From assembly GCA_030390025.1 (NCBI GenBank), contig CM059433.1:28770001-28834000 (forward strand): DNA of 64,000 nucleotides. The letters run 5' to 3'. Under the pieces are notes generated by a model, which saw nothing but the letters and a program-made list of their open reading frames with translations, was not told the origin of the DNA and did not search any database. Source of the DNA: Squalus acanthias (taxonomy: Eukaryota). Shown here piece by piece: positions 60,591 to 64,000 of the stretch. Every line of letters begins with the position of its first letter. Position 1 is the stretch's first letter. Made by a program: the position numbers and the translations under genes.

Positions 60591-61911
60591 AGAAGATAGT
60601 CAGACACATGGTTAGCCCACATAATAGAGAAAAAGTCAGCTCTAGTTATTTTCCCAAAGCAACACCAAAGAACAAAGAGTAGTTGATGAAACCAGTGATG
60701 AAACTTGGCTGATGTGGATCCTGTGAAGATTAGATCTAGGCCGATCTACACCTCAATTCCATTTACCCACCTTTGGTCCATATCCCTTGATACCCTTACC
60801 CAATAAAAATTCTATCTATCTCAGTCTTGAAAGCCACAATTGTCCTAGCATCCATTTCCTGATTGGTTTATGGCCATAAATTGGGGAGACCCAACTGGAA
60901 AATCCAGGCTAGTACCTCCTGGAGAGGAGGGGAGAAAAGTGGGCAATTGCAAAAATCTGTGAAAGAAATAATTTGTATATCTTGCTTTCAGAAAAGGATA
61001 GCTGTTAAAGACTTTGATATATATTCACGTTTCTGGCACTGTACAGAAAAAGCATTTGCACAGCACGGGATGCTGTATTACTGATTACAGATCAAACTGA
61101 CCATATGGGGTAGAGATTTCCACTTGCAAGACAAATGTGCAAAACTTCCAGCTCCCTCCCAATACCAGATGTCGTATTTAATATATGCTAATATAATGTC
61201 TGTGGAGATACAGAACCTTTGTTCTGTTCTGGTAGCTATAACAGAGTCTATCACCAGAAGAAAACTCGACATTGTTGGGCAGTGAATGCTTTATGTTCCA
61301 GCAGCCAGGTCCCTTTTTGAACACGGGACAAAGAAATGGTTGTCTTGCTTCGATCATGGACCACCTGTGAATCAAGTGAGCGATACCGTTCTACATCGAA
61401 CGACTCACAATAACCCCTTTCAGTCATTGCAAGATGCGAATTCTGCCTAATTTTTAATTAACACCGTTTCACTTTATTGAGGCTGCAGTGTACAGTACAA
61501 CAACAAAAAATTATAGATGGCGGCAAGTACAATGTTTCTCTCTTGTGGCCCATGATGTTATCTCAACTCAAAGAGTAAATTAAACTCTTACTGCTCACTC
61601 CTAACCATTCCTAATTCAATAAATCATTTCCTCCTTATCCCCATGAGAATGATTGGCTTTGAAGGACACTTTAATTATTTTTTGAGGTGATATGAAGTGC
61701 GTTTGCATACAGGTCACCGTAGTATGCAAATCAGTAGCACCCAGCAGCATTAGATAAGCAAGCACTTCACATTCATTGCAATATAAGCAAATACAATGTT
61801 CTAATATAATGTGGTTGAAACTGATGCTCTGGAAGATACTTACAGGCAGGGAAGGAAATATTCACCAGCTTGTATATATATCATGTCCATTTTTAATGTA
61901 ATAGTCCAGCT

Positions 61912-63400
61912 TGTGTCAGCCTTGGCTCAGTTCTTAGCACTCTTGCCTTTGAGTCAGAAGATTGTGGGTTGAAGCCGTCTTTCGAATGAGGTGTTAAACT
62001 GCCTTCTCAGGTGGGCGTTAAAGATCCCATAGCACTATTCGAAGAAGAGCAGGGGAGTTCTCTCCAGTGCCATAAGAACATAGGAACAGGAGTAGGCCAT
62101 TCAGCCCTTCGAGCCTGTTCCTCCATTCAATGAGATCATGGCTGATCTGTGACCTAACTCCATATACTTGCCTTTGGCCCATATCTCTTAATACCTTTGG
62201 TTAACAAAAATCTATCAATCTCAGATTTAAAATTAACAATTGACCTAGCATCAATTTCCGTTTGCGGAAGAGAGTTCCAAACATCTACCACCCTTTGTGT
62301 GTAGAAGTGTTTCCTAACTTCATTCCTGAAAGTCCTGGCTCTACTCTCTAGTCCTAGAATCCCCAACCAGCGGAAATTGTTTCTATCTAACCTATCAGTT
62401 TCCCTTAATATCTTGAAAACTTCGATCAAATCACCCCTGAACCTTCTAAATTCCAGGGAATACAACCCTAGTTTGTGCAATCTCTCCTCGTAATTTAACC
62501 TGTGGAGTCCGGGTATCATTCTGGTAAATCTACGTTGCACTCTCTCCAAGGTCAATACATCCTTCCTAAGGTGTGGTGCCCAGAAGTGCTCACAGTATTC
62601 CAGGTGTGGTCTAACCAGGGCTTTGTATTGCTGTAGCATAACTTCTACCCCCTTGTATTCTAGTCCTCTAGCTATAAAAGCCAGCATTCCATTAGCCTTT
62701 GATTATTTTCTGTACTTGTACATAACATTTTAATGTTCGATGAACATGAAACCCCAAGTCTCTTTGGAACGCCACTGTTTCTAGCTTTTCACCACTCTGT
62801 ACTTTCCTTTTTAGGTCCAAAGAGGATGACCTCACCTTTGCCTACTGAAATCCTTTTGCCACAGTTTTGCCCATTCACTTAATCTATTAATATCTCTTTG
62901 TAATTTTATGCTTCCATGCTAGTGTCCTATCATAGAAATTTACGGCACAGAAGGAGGCCATTCGGCCCATCATGTCTGTGCTGGCCGAGAAAGAGCTATC
63001 CAGCCTAATCCTACTTTGCAAGTGTTGGTCCATTGCCTTGTAGGTTACGGCACTTCAAATACATATCCAAGTACTTTTTAAATGTGATGAGTGTTTCTGC
63101 CTCTACCACCCTTTCAGGCAGTGAGTTCCAGACCCCCACCCCCTCTGGGTGAAAAAGGTTCTCCTCCACTCCCCTCTAATCCTTCTATCAATTTTTATAC
63201 TGGCCAATATTTACCCCTCAATCCCTCTCAAACAGATTATCTGGTCATTATCACATTGCTGTTTGTGGGAGCTTGCTGTGTGAAAATTGGCTGCCGCGTT
63301 TCCTACATTACAACAGTGACGACACTTCAAAAGTAATTCATTGCTTATAGAGCGCTTGGAGACGCCCAAGGCGCTAGAGAATTGCAAGACCTTGCCTTCT
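61912..63400. mobile_element. SINE pieces (+, 61912-62070 and 63198-63400) flanking CR1 fragments (-, 62071-62920 and 62930-63190)
   Basis: ORF 62154..62687 is a CR1 RT C-terminus. The SINE 5' and 3' halves look like one interrupted copy. Confidence 0.85.
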
Positions 63401-64000
63401 TTATTTTGTAATATTTTGAAGGAAAGTCTAGTCAGGAGTATTTTATGATTAAAGTTTTCCCTCTTTTTGACAGAATATATCCAAGCAGAATTATGTGATG
63501 TTGTAGTAAAAAGGTCAAGTTTCATCAGGAAACCCTGCCTGAAGTAGGGTCTTTCTACTGCTAGGCGGCTCTGGTGATGGCCCTGACAATGTGTGTCCCA
63601 GAACAGAGCCACAGTAAACAGTGAGACACCCAACTTTCAATCCAGCCGGACAAACACTCAGGAGCTGCCAAGCCCAAAGGAAACCACAGTGCAAGCTGGA
63701 AAATCTATCCAGGGTTCAGGCGGCTCTACAGTAACATTCAGACCTTTTTGAAGACACGCACCTTTAAGAGGGGGGTGTTCCCCAATGGAGGGCTCTCTAC
63801 GCGGGAGTCTTCCCTTGTTCTATTGGGGACTTGGCCTGGAGGGTGTTGCACGGAGCAGTCCCGTGCAATAGATTGTTAAATAGGTTTACGGACTCCCAGG
63901 CCGCTTGCCATTTCTGCGGCCTGGAGGAGTCCGTTTTTCACATATACGTAGAGTGTGAGAGGTTGCAGCCCCTCTTTCATTACTTGAAGGGGCTGCTCCT

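Noticed and set aside
61815..61870. Donor-like CCT|gtaagt as the end of the exon-4 equivalent
   Set aside because: Upstream translation does not resemble HALEEIKKFLVP.

Overview
Eukaryotic, repeat-dense vertebrate DNA. The repeat families (SacSINE1-like Deu-domain SINEs, CR1 and L2 LINEs, Penelope elements, Harbinger MITEs) point to a shark or another cartilaginous fish. The only host coding sequence I can support is two minus-strand exons of KHDRBS2 (SLM-1, a STAR/KH RNA-binding protein) at 44108-44235 and 41469-41655. They splice in frame, so the rest of the window is probably the long flanking introns of that gene. Almost every ORF in the supplied track is a transposon fragment or a tandem-repeat artefact. 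Most notable observations: (1) two Penelope insertions, each with a target-site duplication (TSD) and a minimal type-I hammerhead ribozyme motif whose stems covary between the copies; (2) an adjacent inverted pair of ~780-bp Harbinger MITEs that could form a long hairpin; (3) a twice-occurring composite of an LF-SINE-like head fused to a LINE 3' end; (4) an intact Ingi/Vingi-like zinc-knuckle tail inserted into a SINE; (5) a 1.3-kb solo LTR; (6) multi-layer nested insertions; (7) several repeat-free, TAAT-rich islands that may be conserved non-coding elements. Family names come from my recognition of motifs, not from database searches. Repeat boundaries without a stated TSD are approximate.
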